A stretch of 63,651 nt of DNA, filler included, from Dugesia japonica (GCA_001938525.1; 5 parts of 5 records of this genome joined end to end with filler, not necessarily neighbours in it), one strand, 5' to 3'. Positions 39,100 to 53,399 are shown, counted from the first letter of the whole stretch. Notes: generated by a model from the letters alone, not told the origin. Program-made: numbers and translations.

Positions 39100-41380
39100 T
39101 ATGTCTAAAAATATTATTTGTGATTTGGAAAATGAATTATCAATCGAATATTTACCTAATTTTGAAACTAACATGGTGGCAGCGGTAAATACCGATTCTA
39201 TTACAAATAGATTATTGCTGAATATGTTCTGCGGGTAAATGATATTGAGAAATTCATCAAGCGGTGCGAATTGTGTTTTTAAACCTAAAAACATCACCCA
39301 GGTGGAACAACAGTAGAGATTAGTCTCTTGTTTGTTAGATGATGATTTGGTGAAATAATATGTAAATACGTTGAAAACAGTTGAAGGTTTCCAAGCTTGT
39401 TTACGCATGGTATTTGAGAAAGAAAAAGATGTTTAAAAAGACTTTCACAATTTGATTAACTCCAGGCGGTGAAATGAAGAGATTCAAGTTCATTTTAAAA
39501 ATGTAAAAGATTTAGTGGAAAGATTAGTTACAAATAAAACTTTTACTGAAGTAAAAATGGTAACAAAGATGCTAGTATAAGATTGGAACGAAAGTCTTGT
39601 CTGATAGAAAATAATATTTATTTAACAAATAAAGACAACATATAAATTGAGAAATATATTCAAAACATCACTATGAAGAATTTTTTTGCTTAAATGTATT
39701 ATTAAATGCTTTGTTCAAATGTTTGCTTTCTATATTATAATTAAATAATTGTTTCAGATAGTGATCNTTTAAAAAAAGTATTATTTTGTGACATATAATG
39801 GAGTTTAACAGAAGCGACTTAAAAAAGCTGACGTATTTTTTGTAGAAAAATGGAATGAATGCGCCTGCAATTGAGAAGAAGATTAACTCAGTGCTTGGCA
39901 ACGGTACTGTGTCTGTGAGAAACTCCCAGCGAACAATTGCAAAATTCATTGTTGGCGATTTCGTCATTGATGATGAAAAGAGAAGTGGTTAAAGATGATG
40001 TAGAAAGTCGAATCAAAGAGGTTCTGACGCACGACCAATATGCTACATCTCGTAATATAGCAGAAGAGCTGCCGTTGTCTTGCACAACAATACTCCGACA
40101 CTTGCACAAAATGGGAAAGCAATACTTGGCAAACAGATGGTTGCCACATTTTTTGTCAGATGAAAATAAAGCCAACAGGGAAAGTTTTGTGGCGAATTGT
40201 TGGCTATGCACCAACAAAATGACTTTCTATCCCAACTCATAACGGGGGATGTGGTGTGGGTATATTGGGGAAATGCCAATCAATCGTATTACGACCGATC
40301 TTGGTACGGTGCTGTTGATCAACCAACAACATTAATTCGTCAATGTTTGACAGCACAAAAGCACCTTGAAACTATTTTTTGGACGTGAAANGAATTCTCT
40401 TGTGCGATGTACTTCTTCAAGGAAAAAACATAAACGCAGAAATTTACTGCACTCAGTTGGACATACTCGTTGATGCGATTCGACAAAAGAGACGCCGGCT
40501 GCGTGGAAACAGTTTTGAAAATTTTTATTTTTCCACGACAATTCTCGACTGGATACGGCACGATTAACTCAAAGTAAGCTTGCTGAGATCAGTTTTACGG
40601 TATTGCCACATCCACTATACTCCCCAGACCTTTCCCAATCCGACTATTATCTATTTTCTCCTATGAAAAACTCACTTCGTGGTGATTTGGAAGAATTCTA
40701 TGCAGAATTTTATGCTAACGGCATAAAACAACTTCCAGAACACTGGCAAAAGTGTGTGGACCTTAAAGGTGACTACTTTCAACATTTCAGATCCACGGAC
40801 GAATGATGTTTTGTTTAAATTTCTCAATTTACATGTTGTCTTTATTGGTTAAATAAATATTATTTTCTATCGTACAAGACTTTTGTTCCAATCCTATAAA
40901 TTGTTCAGATAACAAAAAAGTTGAAGAAGAAGTGACTTTACAGAAACGACAAAAATTTAGAAGAAATTGAAGAAACAATGACGTTAGTAGATCGAGTAGA
41001 GAGAGTTACGCGACAGTTACAAGTCGAAATTATCAGAAACCTGTAAATTATAAAGTGAATAGACATATGGATCAAAGAAACGAAAAGCAAATTATTGAAT
41101 ATTGGGCATGTCATAATGTTGGTCCTACTAAAGCAAATTGTCCGACAAAAAAATGGCAGAGTGTTGGACTTGTCATAAAACAGGACATATAAGCGAGATT
41201 GTTCAAATAAAAATCCAACAAAATGTTTTGGTTATGTAAAGGTTAACCATATTAGAAGTTTATGTCAAGAAGTAAGTTGAAAACGATACGGTAATGGTGG
41301 ACATAGTGAAGAAGAGTGGTACACAATTTTAAAAATGGAAAGAACAAGTGAGAAATTTTATTTCTGCCGAAAGATCCAGA
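39100..41380 (+). mobile_element. Gypsy gag remnant split by a mariner insertion
   Basis: Gag-like coding sequence flanks the mariner, with decayed knuckles after it (WACHNVGPTKANC, CFGYVKVNHIRSLC). Confidence 0.55.
39578..40896 (+). mobile_element. Full-length mariner element (1319 bp) with frameshifted transposase at 39798-40806
   Basis: ~78-bp TIRs (TAAGATTGGAACGAAAGTCTTGT.../...ACAAGACTTTTGTTCCAATCCTA) and TA TSDs. Motifs RWLPHFL, ITGD, FHDNS and YSPDLSQSDYYLF. Confidence 0.92.
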
Positions 41381-41439
41381 AAACAATATAGTAGTAGTAA
41401 ATTTATAATCATTTTTAATCACTTCTATCTAGTTTTTAG

Positions 41440-42101
41440 TAGAATTGGTTATAGTTTATGTGATGAAATACAATTTTTGTATGATGAAATGTAATTTTTA
41501 TGTGTTTGCTTAAGGCTTTTACATGTTGAGTGTTAATTTTTGTTTGTAGAATTGTAATTTTATATGATGGAATGCAAATTTAGTGTGATGAATGATAATT
41601 TTAATGACTTCTATGGAATTTTTAAAGACTTCAATCGACTTCTAGTAAATCTTTGAAAATTCTTTTGACTTCTATGTAATGTTTTGAGAATTTTGAAAGT
41701 TATCTATTACTTAGTTGTAATTTATGAAACATTTTTATGACTTCTATGGAATCTTTATGTGTTCAGTTTTAATTATCATGGTTGAATAAATATTTTGTGT
41801 GAAAGATTATATATTTAACTGCGGATTTTAGAAATTTTCATGAGTTAACTTAGAAAGTTTGCGTGATTGAATGTAATTTTAATGTCATGAATTTTAGTTT
41901 TTTATGTATTGGATTAGAAACTTAGATGGAAGTCAAGAAAACACTTCAACAATTACAAAGAAGTTATTAAAAAGTTTCATAAATTACAAAGAAGTCAACA
42001 AAATGCTAACCAACTAAATAAATTAATAACTCATCACTTTGATGGTTTAAATCAAGACTTTAAAATTATAATCTAGGCATTAAAATTACATTTTATCACA
42101 C
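41440..42101. repeat. Degenerate ~21-bp minisatellite / low-complexity repeat
   Basis: Recurring taattttta(t/g)tgtgatg and gacttctatg units. Confidence 0.55.
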
Positions 42102-42201
42102 NNNNNNNNNNNNNNNNNNNNNNNNNNNNNNNNNNNNNNNNNNNNTTAATTAATTAANNNNNNNNNNNNNNNNNNNNNNNNNNNNNNNNNNNNNNNNNNN
42201 N
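42102..42201. other. Artificial scaffold spacer
   Basis: N44-TTAATTAATTAA-N44. Confidence 0.95.
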
Positions 42202-42503
42202 TATTATTTAATTTTAAGTAGTAAGAGTAGATGAAGCTCTTCATTCTTTAATTTAGATTTTAGATTTGTGAAATAATTTGAATTAAATAATAGTTTTAGT
42301 TTTAAATTTGATCAAGAATTAGATTTATTTAAATTAATAAATAATAATCTATTCTAGATTGAAGTTTTGAAGAATCATAAATTGTTTAAACAATGCAAGC
42401 TAAAAGGAAAGTTATTTCTTTGAAAAAAATTATGAAGGAACCTAAAAATGTGTTTTATTGAAAACACAGCCTTCGGACATTTGTCTAAACCAGGAGTTTT
42501 GAA

Positions 42504-42569
<66 letters not shown>

Positions 42570-42619
42570 NNNNNNNNNNNNNNNNNNNNNNNNNNNNNNN
42601 NNNNNNNNNNNNNNNNNNN

Positions 42620-42683
<64 letters not shown>
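42504..42683. repeat. (ATT)n microsatellite spanning a gap
   Basis: Direct inspection. Confidence 0.95.
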
Positions 42684-42684
<1 letters not shown>

Positions 42685-42987
42685 GTAAAGAATGTGTGAT
42701 GTATCAAATTATTAAACTGGATTGCGAAATTGTTAAAATTTGTTTGTTTTTAAAAATATTTGGTTTTTATTTAAATATTACTTTTTTGGGTAAGTGTCAA
42801 ATAAGATTTTTTAGAAGGAATTTTTGCAATGCAGGTTAGTGTTAAAATTGATTATTTTGTATACAATATTTATTAAGCTGATTTGTNTTATTATTCTAAA
42901 TTATTTAGATGTGAATTGTAATATTTAATAACAATTTTGCTAATTATTTGTATTTAATATTTTTTGTATTTACTCAGTTTTTATGTA

Positions 42988-44225
42988 TAAGGGGTGCCTA
43001 GAGAAAATTACCGTTTAATGTAGATGTACATAAATATCACAACAAAATGGAAACTTAAAATAAAAAAAATTAAGTACCAAATTATATATTTTAAATTTGA
43101 AATTGTTGAATCGATATGTCATTGAAATAAAATTGGAATACATAAATTTATTCATTTCGATTGTTACGTAATGATGTAATTCATGGCGACAGATATCCAA
43201 AAAATTTTTATCAAATCATTGGACAAAGAATTTCGCGAAGGAAACGAAAATCCAGCAAATGGTACAGGAAAGAACATGTTTCGTCAGAAAAATGGTTTTG
43301 GACGGCCTCAAAAAACTTGAACTGCTGATAACATAGACGAAAGACGTTATTGAAAATGATCATCGTTTCTTAGTCCAAGCTATAAGTGATGTTTTAGGGT
43401 TTTCTTGGAGCACAGTTTAGTGAATCTTGACATCTGATCTCCAAAAATGTAGCGTGTGTGAAATAGGCTGTCTTTATATTATAAATGTCATGAAAAAACA
43501 GAGTATTCACAACCAAAACCATCCTACAGGACCTCGATAGAAGTGTGATAGCGATAGATGAGAAATGAAAAGATCATCTATCACAGATGTGGAAAGTTGA
43601 TAACACAGGGGATAGATTTGAGGTTGCTTGACGTCTCACTAGTGCCAATAAATTTTAAATAATTGTTGAAATTAATTTCAGAGGTGAACACTATTTTGAG
43701 GCAATCGAACATAGTATCTTGGTGAATAAAGAACGATACGTACAATTAATTAGTCACTTAATTGCTGTTATAGACGAGAACACTTAAGAATCATGTAGAG
43801 CAATCCAAGATCACATAGTGCAAAAGTTACCCAAAAATTCCTTAGTGAGAATAACGTTAAGACTCTTCATCAAAAACCATACTCACCAGGCATGAATCTT
43901 TTAGACACATTCGTGTTTAGAAATATAGTAATGGCATGAAAAGACATTATATTTACCAATACAGAACACATCCATACGTTTCTTACCGATGTTTTGTTTG
44001 GTAAGATAGAAAAATCGTTGAGCAATCAGTTGTCAAATTTGAGAAACGATCTTCAAAAAATCATTGATAGAGGCGGAAATTATTTGTGAATGATGACACC
44101 TGTATATAAAGAACTTTGCCAATAATTTGTTACTTATCATAATAATTTTAAAATACATTAATTCCATTTGTATTTATATTTATATACATCTACTTTAAAA
44201 CTGCTATTTTTTCTGTGTACCCCTA
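42988..44225 (+). mobile_element. Decayed Tc1/mariner-superfamily element
   Basis: Imperfect TIRs TAAGGGGTGCCTAGAGAAAAT / ATTTTTTCTGTGTACCCCTA with TA flanks. Motifs GRPQKT, VIAIDEK and KPYSPGMNLLDTFVF. Confidence 0.75.
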
Positions 44226-44592
44226 TAAATTTATTAAAGGTTCTAGTTCTTTTTTCCTAATAGTAATTATTAATAATAATTTGAAGATAAAAGAAACAGT
44301 CGAAATTTTTAATTATACGAAGAAAATATTAATTGGTTTTTAATAAATATTGTAAAAATAAATTCTGAATTATTAAATATTTATTAAATCTTAAATACTT
44401 AAGTATAATAATTATTTTAAATATATCGTCATCTACTATTGAAAATAGTGAATTATTTGTGAATTTGCACCATGTAGTATTTAAAATGTATTAAAAGATT
44501 CAAAATGAAAGGTTCTAGTGAAAAAAACAAAACATCGAATATTTTAAAAAATTAAGAAGCTTACAAATAATATATTTAAAGAATAAACGTAC

Positions 44593-47500
44593 TTTCCATG
44601 CTCGCCACGGCAATCTTAGTATAGTAGCATCCATGTTTAATACTTGACGGCAAGTTTGAATAAATACTGGTTCTTTTTTATTGATTCGATCGATCCGAAC
44701 TAGAGAAGTGTATGTCCTATTATTGATCATGCTTCCGTTTAAATATCGATAAATTGCAGATGATATAAATTCAGTATTAATGAATTGTCTAACATCATTA
44801 TTTTGAAAATTACTAAAAGGTTTCCAATTCCAATTAGATTGTGAAAATAATAGTTGTCGATTATTAATATGCGGCCAGTCTTTATGTAATACGTAATATT
44901 TCAAAAAAATAATAATCAATGTACCTTTGAAAGATTTAGAAGAATATATATAATATTTTGAATCGTAATCAGATGTATCGTAATGTTGATTAGTTTGAGG
45001 AATCCAAAATTGCCAAGTGAGACGAATCATTTCATTCCAATATAAAAGGAAAATTAATCGAGCCGTCATATCAAATAAGTTGAATCCAGAACTGTGTAAA
45101 GCTGGATACTTTAAAGAGAAAATTTCATGTATGTCATTGTGTTTAAATTGTGGGCCGGATGGAATATTATTTCTATATGAATAAGGAGAATGAGAACTGA
45201 CTGCAACATGATCTCGACCACATGATACCTTCAATATTATCATGAAAAATATGTTATGTCATATATATTTATTCATTATCGAGATTTTTTATTTAAATAA
45301 ATTGCATCAAGAATTACTTCTAACTAGTCATGATATCTGTGAGATATGACTGTGAATTATATAATATTCCTATATTGATCTTTATATATTTGATGTAGTA
45401 AATTGACATAAGTATTTATTAATAGGTGAATTATGATTGAATGCATGAGTGTAGATATGATGTAAATGCTCGAACACTGTTATATAATCGATTACTCAAA
45501 AACTATATATTTATTACAGTGTCCTTTTGTGTTATTTATAAATATATTATGATCAATTCAATTGTAAAGTCTAAGGTGTGGTCTACACCAATCCTGAAAT
45601 CTCGAATTCCAACACCCAAGATTCTCGAGATAGATAAAATATAAGCGTTTATGATACAGGATGTAGTCAAATTATATGAATCAGTGAATTCAAATATTGG
45701 AGATTTTGAAAAAATATGTAGAGAAGCATTTTTAGAGTCTGAAATCTTGGTAAAGATTTATCAGTCCTTTAAAATATCGGAGACTTAAGGAATCATTTTT
45801 TGCAAAGGTTGATAAATTAGTAGATAATATTTTGCGTCACCAATTAACGAAGGGAAAACTGATAAATTTCTTATATAAAATTCAATGGATGACAAACATG
45901 TTAAAAAGGAATTTAAAAGGCGATACAAAAGATGTAATAAGTTATTATTAAAATTGATGGATTACAAAAGGAAACGAAATCAGAATATGGATTATCCACA
46001 TAAAACAAAAATATTAGCTATGCAAAAGTAGTGCATGAAATTTCAGATTTAAATAATAAATTTAGTAAAACTAGATCCGAAGGAAATTCAAAATAAAAAT
46101 TATGAACAGAAAATTAATTTGAAAATATATCAAAATAGCAATGAAATAAACATACATTATATAAAATACATACAGAACCATCTAAACNAGTATTAAAGAA
46201 CATCAGAAACATGAAGGAAGTGACAAGTTAGAGTAATCAGATTCATATAATAGTTAGCCAAATAATTTTTATCTTAATTGAAATATGAGGCTTCATTATT
46301 TAGTAAATTTCTGTGATGTTGAGATTCAACAATGTTTCCGAGAATTTTAATAAAATTTTCAAATGAAATAAATAAGAATTGAGTTGCCAATAAAATAAAA
46401 AATTGAACTGCATGAATTAACTACCCCGTGATAAGAATCCTTACGAGACTAAATCATGTCCTGGTTCGGCTAGCTTAAAGCTGTTTAACAAAACAAATGA
46501 AGAAATAAAAAGGCACAGGAAAATAGCAGGATAATTTGGGAACCATACTTTTCTTCCTCCAACAGACAGACTGGTTCCAGAATTATTGCTTTAAAGCTCT
46601 TTGATCTTCAATATGCCAGCCTGTTNNNNNNNNNNNNNNNNNNNNNNNNNNNNNNNNNNNNNNNNNNNNNNNNNNNNNNNNNNNNNNNNNNNNNNNNNNN
46701 NNNNNNNNNNNNNNNNNNNNNNNNNNNNNNATACACCAGACATTTTTAAACACTATATATTTTTTTAATATTAGACACCCTACTGAGATCGTCTCAATGA
46801 GAATCTTCTAATTCGGTAGGTTTTTCTGGATGTCCTCCTTGAGTGGCATATACTTATTTATGTTCGTGTTCCTTGCTAATTTTAAATGACTGGATGGTGT
46901 CTTCACACCCAGTAAGATTATACGCCTCTCGTGCTATTGATAAGCTGCAATTTAACGCGACCAGTCCTTTTAACATGATTACAGATCTTACCGAAAATGA
47001 CTTTGAAGCTTGTGTTAGATCGAACAAATCTGGCAAGCAATTCAAGCACATCATGGTGAAGTCTTGTACAGAAAGCTGAAGAAGGCGCACAATGACAACG
47101 AACATGTGTTTCAGTTTCTAGGTGGTAAGAACACTTCAGACAAGATTTGAAAAACATTCCATGATTGCTTCCCATAGAAAGATTGCTTGTTCTGGTTCTG
47201 TCAATAAACTGCCAGTGTTTAGGATTTATAGAGCCATTATATAACGGTTTGGTTGAGAGTAGGGACGCTATTATCGCAGTGGAAAGCGCTCTAGTCTTAA
47301 AAAAGACATTCCATTTTTTGTTTGAGCCCAACCTATACGATTATGAAGTAGTTTGGTCATTGAAGGAAATCATGTAATTTCTTTTAGAGATGCAATCGAT
47401 GACCTGTAAACAAAGATTAATCTTCTTATTTTATAAATTTTAACTATCGTTAGTACCCTGATTGTATATTTCTAACTTTTTTTTACACAGTAATGTTTAC

Positions 47501-48361
47501 AAATTTTACTTAATTTATGAATTCTTATACACGACCCCACTATAATATTTACGTACACATTCAAATATATTTAGACATTAATATATTTATACCTGTTGTA
47601 AGTGAATGTCTTTATGAATTAGAATAAGTTCTGGATTGTAAGCATGGATCTTGCCACCTAATCTCAACAAGTTGTTATGATTAGAGCCCCATCCATATAA
47701 ATTCCCAGTAGACATTAAAGTAAATGTATTATTATTTCCAGCACATATATCGATTGCAACTCCGACAACATTAAGAGATGAAATATGTGTAGGTAACAAT
47801 ACATGATTTTCTACTAAATCAAGTTCTGAATTAGATGAAGATATTCCAATAAAATCAGAATGTCCCCATGTGTAAACATCTCCACTTTTTGTTAAAGCTA
47901 CACTAAAATTCTGTCCACAAGCAACTTTTAGTAAAGGTTTCTAAAAAAAATTCTTGAAATTACCTTAAAGAACATAAAAACTACTTTATGAAGACTAACT
48001 AATACTGGACTGAAATGATCGTTAACATCCCCAACTCCTAATTTACCATATGCACCTTCGCCAAAAGCAAAAAGCTTTAATCCATCTGTTGATAGAGCAA
48101 GTGTGTGATTTACACCACATGAAACAAATCCAATCTTTTAATATTTATCAGTTATATTTTATAAAATATATATTTCAAATTGTCAAAAAACGATTTTAAT
48201 ATAAATGTAAAAAGAATGAATATAAATTGAAGTAAATTTCTTTTCATTCACACGAAAAATATTTTAATAAAACAATGATCATAAATTATATAAAATTTTT
48301 AAAGGTAGTAAAAGTCCACTATAGAAAAGTAATAAATTAATTTAATGAAATAACTTATTTA

Positions 48362-48400
<39 letters not shown>

Positions 48401-51400
48401 TAAATAAATAAAGAAAAAAATTCTACAGGATCTACTTCTTTACCCCAAACAAATTCAATAATCAGTTAACCATTATATTATATTAATTAGCTAATTCAAA
48501 CACACTTATATAAATTATTATTGACTTTATGTCAGATGTTCAATTTTCAATCAGGTTTTTCGAATTTTCGACGATGTTCTTCATTATTGATTTACTTTTT
48601 ACTGACAAAGACTATCGTCAAAAAATCTGATTCCTAAGAACTATAAAACACCATTTTTATCTAAACTTTCTCTTGTATCGAAATTTTAAAAATGGTATCA
48701 ATAATTAAGTCCAACAATTATTCTTGCAATAATTGTGACTGAAAATAGAATATAATTACTAAAAAATTTTATTATGTGCATATAAAAATTTATTATGTGC
48801 ATTTTAGTAAAATTATTATTCATTTTATATATTTAATAATTAATTAATTTCACAAGACGTATGTAATAATGAATTATCAAAAACTCACTCTCACATCTGC
48901 ATCCCCAAAATTCACTAAGCGCGGTGTATCACACCCTGTAAGAATTTCTATTCCCAATTGTCCATTGGCACCTAAGCCAAAGGTATAGAGTTCACCAGAC
49001 GATGTCACTACAGCACTATGCATATGGCCACAATCAGACTAAATGAAGTTAATTATTAATTATTATCTAGGTTTTGTAATGTATCAACCATAATTGCGCC
49101 TTTTCCTCTAAGAGTTTCAATAGATTTTGGTTTCTTTAACGTAGTTGCGTGACCATGCCCTAATTTTCCATGTGATCCAATACCCCAGCTGAAAACTTCA
49201 CCAAAAATTGTAATAGCTATAATATGACTTTCTGGACCTTGTGATGCAGAAACATGAGCAATCTTATAATCTAAATATAATAAATATACAGTTTATGATT
49301 ATACATAACATATTTATATTAAATACCAGGTGGTGTATGTTTGTGAGTGATTCTCAAAATTTTAAATTTCAAACCCCAAACTAATGATACAGATTTATAT
49401 TTATTGTATGAAAAATTTATTAAAAACTAAAAATTTGAAAAAATTTGAAAGAATTTGAAAGATTTAATGAAAATAATTCAGAAAATGACCAAGAAAAGTA
49501 TACAAAAATGGTCAACTTCAATGATGATAATTTTAACAATTTTAATGAAAATTTTAAAACTTTCAATGAAATTAATATATTAAAAACTCAGTGGTGTATG
49601 TTTTTTTTGTTTGTGCGTGATACTCAAAATTTTTAAATTTTAAACTAAAGCAAAGTGAGCATAATCAAGCAACTTTCTGAAGTAATTGATGTGCCAAAGT
49701 TGGTGGTGAAAAATCAAGTGGACCTGAGGTCCGTTGAACAACAGGAAGAAAGAGAGCAGACGGACGCCACTGATGTCGAGCAAAATAAGATCTCTTGAGC
49801 AAGCCTTGAGTAAACAAACGATTAAAACAACAATATGGTACCTAAAAGACGGATGGTTGGTAGGAACCCTTTTAGCAGACCTCATTTGTATGCCCCATTG
49901 ACGGTCAATATGTATCTTTTCATTTTTTCTTTTGTAAAAATATAATGATGAATAAATAAATTTTAATTCAAAAGAATTCTGTAAATGTTTTTTACGCACA
50001 TTATTTGACTACCGGGCGGATTGCTGCTCATAAACCACCTAGTATTACTATTAGTTAGTTTATTTTCAAAATAAAAACAATCCATTTCAAATGAATGAAG
50101 AATTATTCTTCCTATAATATTTTCCTACTATTATATAGAGATCGAAAGTTCTTAAAATAACTATGACTACGGACTACCAAAATCTAAAATATTATAATTA
50201 TATTTGGTAATCTTTCACGGAATACCAAAACAATGATTATTATTGCAAGGTAATTAGTACCGTTTTATTAATAAAAATAGCTGGTAACAGTCATAATATC
50301 AAAGATAACTAACTGTAAACTCAAAAATTACTTATGTACTTCGTTTTGATGGCCATGAGTACTGAGAAATCAGTTTCACATATATTAGTTGACATAAATG
50401 GTATCAGTAAGTAAGATGACTTTTCCAGCAAATTTTGAATACTCACTGTACGCACTGATCCAATTGTAAATTACTAAACATCACTTACTAAATCTTTTAT
50501 TTTTCTATTTTTAAAAAAAAGTTTTTTAAATGAAAAAGAATGTATGATAAACTTTCTTTTTTTAGAAATAAAAAAAATCCAAACTATTTAATCCCATGAN
50601 CTCAAGAAATGGAAAACTATACGTCAGTAATTACAACATTGAGTTTCAATCATATCTATAAACGAGTCATTAATTAAACAACAACTTCTCATTTCTCAGC
50701 AAAATTTTACTGGATTCGATCAGATTTAGATATGAAGAGAAATACGGTAGCAAAAATAATACTCAATTTATTTCCCAGTATTTCCACTGTAAGATAATTT
50801 AACTCCTTTAAAATTTTAAAATTAATTTAAATGTTGTTATTAATAATGAAAATGTTATATATTGCTAATAATGTTATTTTATATTAAAAAATATTTTAAA
50901 TATATTTAAAATGGTTATGGTAATTTTTCTATAAATATGTTTATAATTTTTGGTAAATATTTAATTATTTTAAATTTTTCAATGGCGGTAAAATGTTTGT
51001 TTGGTTATTCGAATAAAAAAAATAATTTTTAAGATTAATTTTTCAAAAAAAAAATTGTAATATCATAATTACTCTATTCTGAAACTTTATCATCATACTT
51101 ATTTAACACATTATAAATAAAATGACTTGATATTTTTGTACTAAACGCACAATATTAATTTTCAAAATACCAATACCATTTTCAATTTCAAATCAAGAAC
51201 AGAAAAGTTTCTGCTTCTCAAATCTGATACAATTATAATAGCCACCTGTCCTTTGGAAACCAGCTTATACAACCACATAGTTAGGGGCCGTCCATAAAGT
51301 ATGTCACGCTCAGGAGCGAGTAGGAGGTCTAAGAAAGTGTGATAGTTAGTGACACAGAGGAGGGAGAGAAAAGATCATATAAGACGTCACACATTTTAAT

Positions 51401-53399
51401 TTTTTTATCATACATATAAAACCTGAAATTGACAGTAATGTTTAACTTTCTGTTGTGATGGATGTATTCTGACAAAATATGTCACTAGCGTATTGTGTTT
51501 TAGATTTTATTTTAATGAATAGTTAATTTTTAAAATAATTTTTTAGTTCCAGTGTGACGTACTTTCAAGGAGGGTTCAGAAATTTGTTACAAGGAGGAGA
51601 AGACTGGGTAAAAATTGTAAAAAAAATAACTTAAAAATCTAACATTATCCAAAAAAATCTTCAAGATGCAACAATTCAAAATAATGTACAGAATATTTAT
51701 ATCGAATTTCAATAATTGGTGTTTCTTTATTTTTTTTATATTTCTTTGTTCTAGTATGACATTAACACTTTTAAATAAATAATTACATTCATATATTACA
51801 CGATGTACCGTAAATTTGGTAACATTAACATGAATAAATCTCTCAAAGATTTACAATTTTACAAAAGTAAAATTGCAATTGTTTAAAATATATTCTTTTA
51901 TTCGTTCCATGTTATTTTCTACTATGTTTTACTGTCATTTACCAACTTTTTGTTTGATATCACATCCTTTTCACATTGATCGACAATTTTAACCTACCTT
52001 TAAAGTTTTTTTTAATCTATGGCACTACAACCAAATATTTAACGAATTTTATCAATTTGATCGATGAATCCTGACACAATTTGCTAATTACATTTCACAT
52101 TACTTAATGTTTAATAAACAAAGTGGTTAATTATTAAAATCAACAAATTTAAATTACAAAATTAATAAATTAAATTAACAAGTGATATTTTATTTTTCTA
52201 AAACATTATTCAACAAAGCCATCTTTATTTTCAATGCAAAATCTTAATACATATTCATATGATTCTTTTTATGAAAAACCCTATTAGCTGTTGAAATTGA
52301 TAGTTTAATGGTAAATTAAAGTCGTATTGTTCAGTGGAAAATATGGCAAATTAATTAGAAAAAATGACAACTTTTGCCTGGAAAATTTAGCAATTACCTT
52401 TCAACATTAAATATAAATTTAAACAATATTCAGTAAGCAGATTAATAACTATGAAATCTTATAAATTTTTCACGTTATCATAGTGATAGTATTTTATCTA
52501 AATAGAGACAAATATTTAAATATTGTCGTTTGAAGGAATGATAATGTATATATCGGAATATCTATGATATTCCAAGAAAATCATGAGAAAACCTATAAAG
52601 AAAAAATAATTTAACATACCATTCAAGACCGGAACATTGATAATTTGATAAGATTCTTCTCTCATAAAGGGATTAAATATAACTTCTAATCCTTCACCAC
52701 AAGCCATTAATTTATTCTCACAAGTAATTAATAAAGTCACGCCACTACCACATACAATTTGTTGTATTCCATCAATACTTGCTAAAGTTGGTTTAACCCA
52801 ATCAGCTTTTGTTGAAAACCCCAATTCTCCTTTAATACCACAACCCCAGATAAACGTTGAATTTGAATACTCCTTTATCCAATAATCTGGTGAATTCTGA
52901 TACCACTGGTAAAGCTCAATTTGTTTTTTCATAGTCCAGTAATGGTTATTCTAAATCGTATGACAAATAATGTAGAATAAAACTCAAGTACCCATTTTGA
53001 TTCTATATAATGATGAACAAGTTCTTCTGTTCCAACGCACCAAACCCACCACCATTTAGGAATTATATTTACTGGAATTTCACATTCAAAACAAACGGAT
53101 TGTGTAAGTTTCACCATTTCATCAATCATGAACAGCCAATCCAAGTGGTGATTGGGAAGAGCTCTACCATTTATATTCAAAATATGTCTTAATATTCCGC
53201 GATTTTGGTATGTTTCGTTGGTAATTTCAAATAAACATGGTGGTTTAAAACTATTATTTAAATCAATCGGTTCCATAAAAGAACATGACGTGAATTTAGG
53301 AATAAAATTCAATGAAATTGCGAATTGAATTAAGCATTGGAGATATTGAGAAAAAACAATTGAAAATCCAGATTTCACAGATTCCACTTCTTCAAGAAA
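44593..53399 (-). CDS. HERC1: HERC1-like E3 ubiquitin ligase, partial (pre-RLD2, RCC1-like domain 2, start of HECT region)
   Basis: GT-AG exons 53399-52992, 52950-52620, 49270-49089, 49038-48889, 48134-47985 (donor uncertain), 47940-47593, 45228-44925 and 44879-44593 splice in phase to 720 codons with no stop seen. RCC1 repeats include GEVFSWGIGSHGKLGHG, SCGVNHTLALSTDG..FAFGEGAYGKLG and VACGQNFSVALTKSG. The post-RLD segments ARLIFL..W..WQF and PVFIQTCRQV...LRLPWRAWK match HERC1 as I recall it. Confidence 0.85.
45660..46230 (+). mobile_element. Gypsy gag remnant in a HERC1 intron, same family as 35780-36300
   Basis: Shares ggaaaactg...aaattcaatggatga.aaa..gtt.aaaagg and aaaataaaaattatga.cagaaaatt with the 36 kb copy. 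Confidence 0.6.
46400..47410 (-). mobile_element. 3' fragment of an RLE-type non-LTR retrotransposon (R2/NeSL-like)
   Basis: CLKCSYHLETETHVRCHC knuckle and RLHHDVLELLA, then decayed endonuclease GVKTP...ARNTNINKYMPL and ISVGCL. Confidence 0.7.
49326..50041 (-). mobile_element. Small TIR element (Tc1/mariner-like derivative) in a HERC1 intron
   Basis: ta-CCAGGTGGTGTATG at the left end and CATAAACCACCTAG-ta at the right end. The left end is duplicated internally at ~49590-49646. Confidence 0.5.
51284..51635. mobile_element. Harbinger-like MITE
   Basis: tta|GGGGCCGTCCATAAAGTATGTCACGC start, with internal gtgtgacgtacttt and G-rich tracts. The 3' TIR is eroded. Confidence 0.55.

Noticed and set aside
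42202-44592. Expected HERC1 HECT exons
   Set aside because: I found no GEGADDAGG-like or other HECT motif. The exons probably lie on another scaffold, so this is not evidence of domain loss.
45250-45590. Possible LTR plus primer-binding site upstream of the gag remnant
   Set aside because: There is no second LTR copy, and the tggt motif is not adjacent to a clear CA end.
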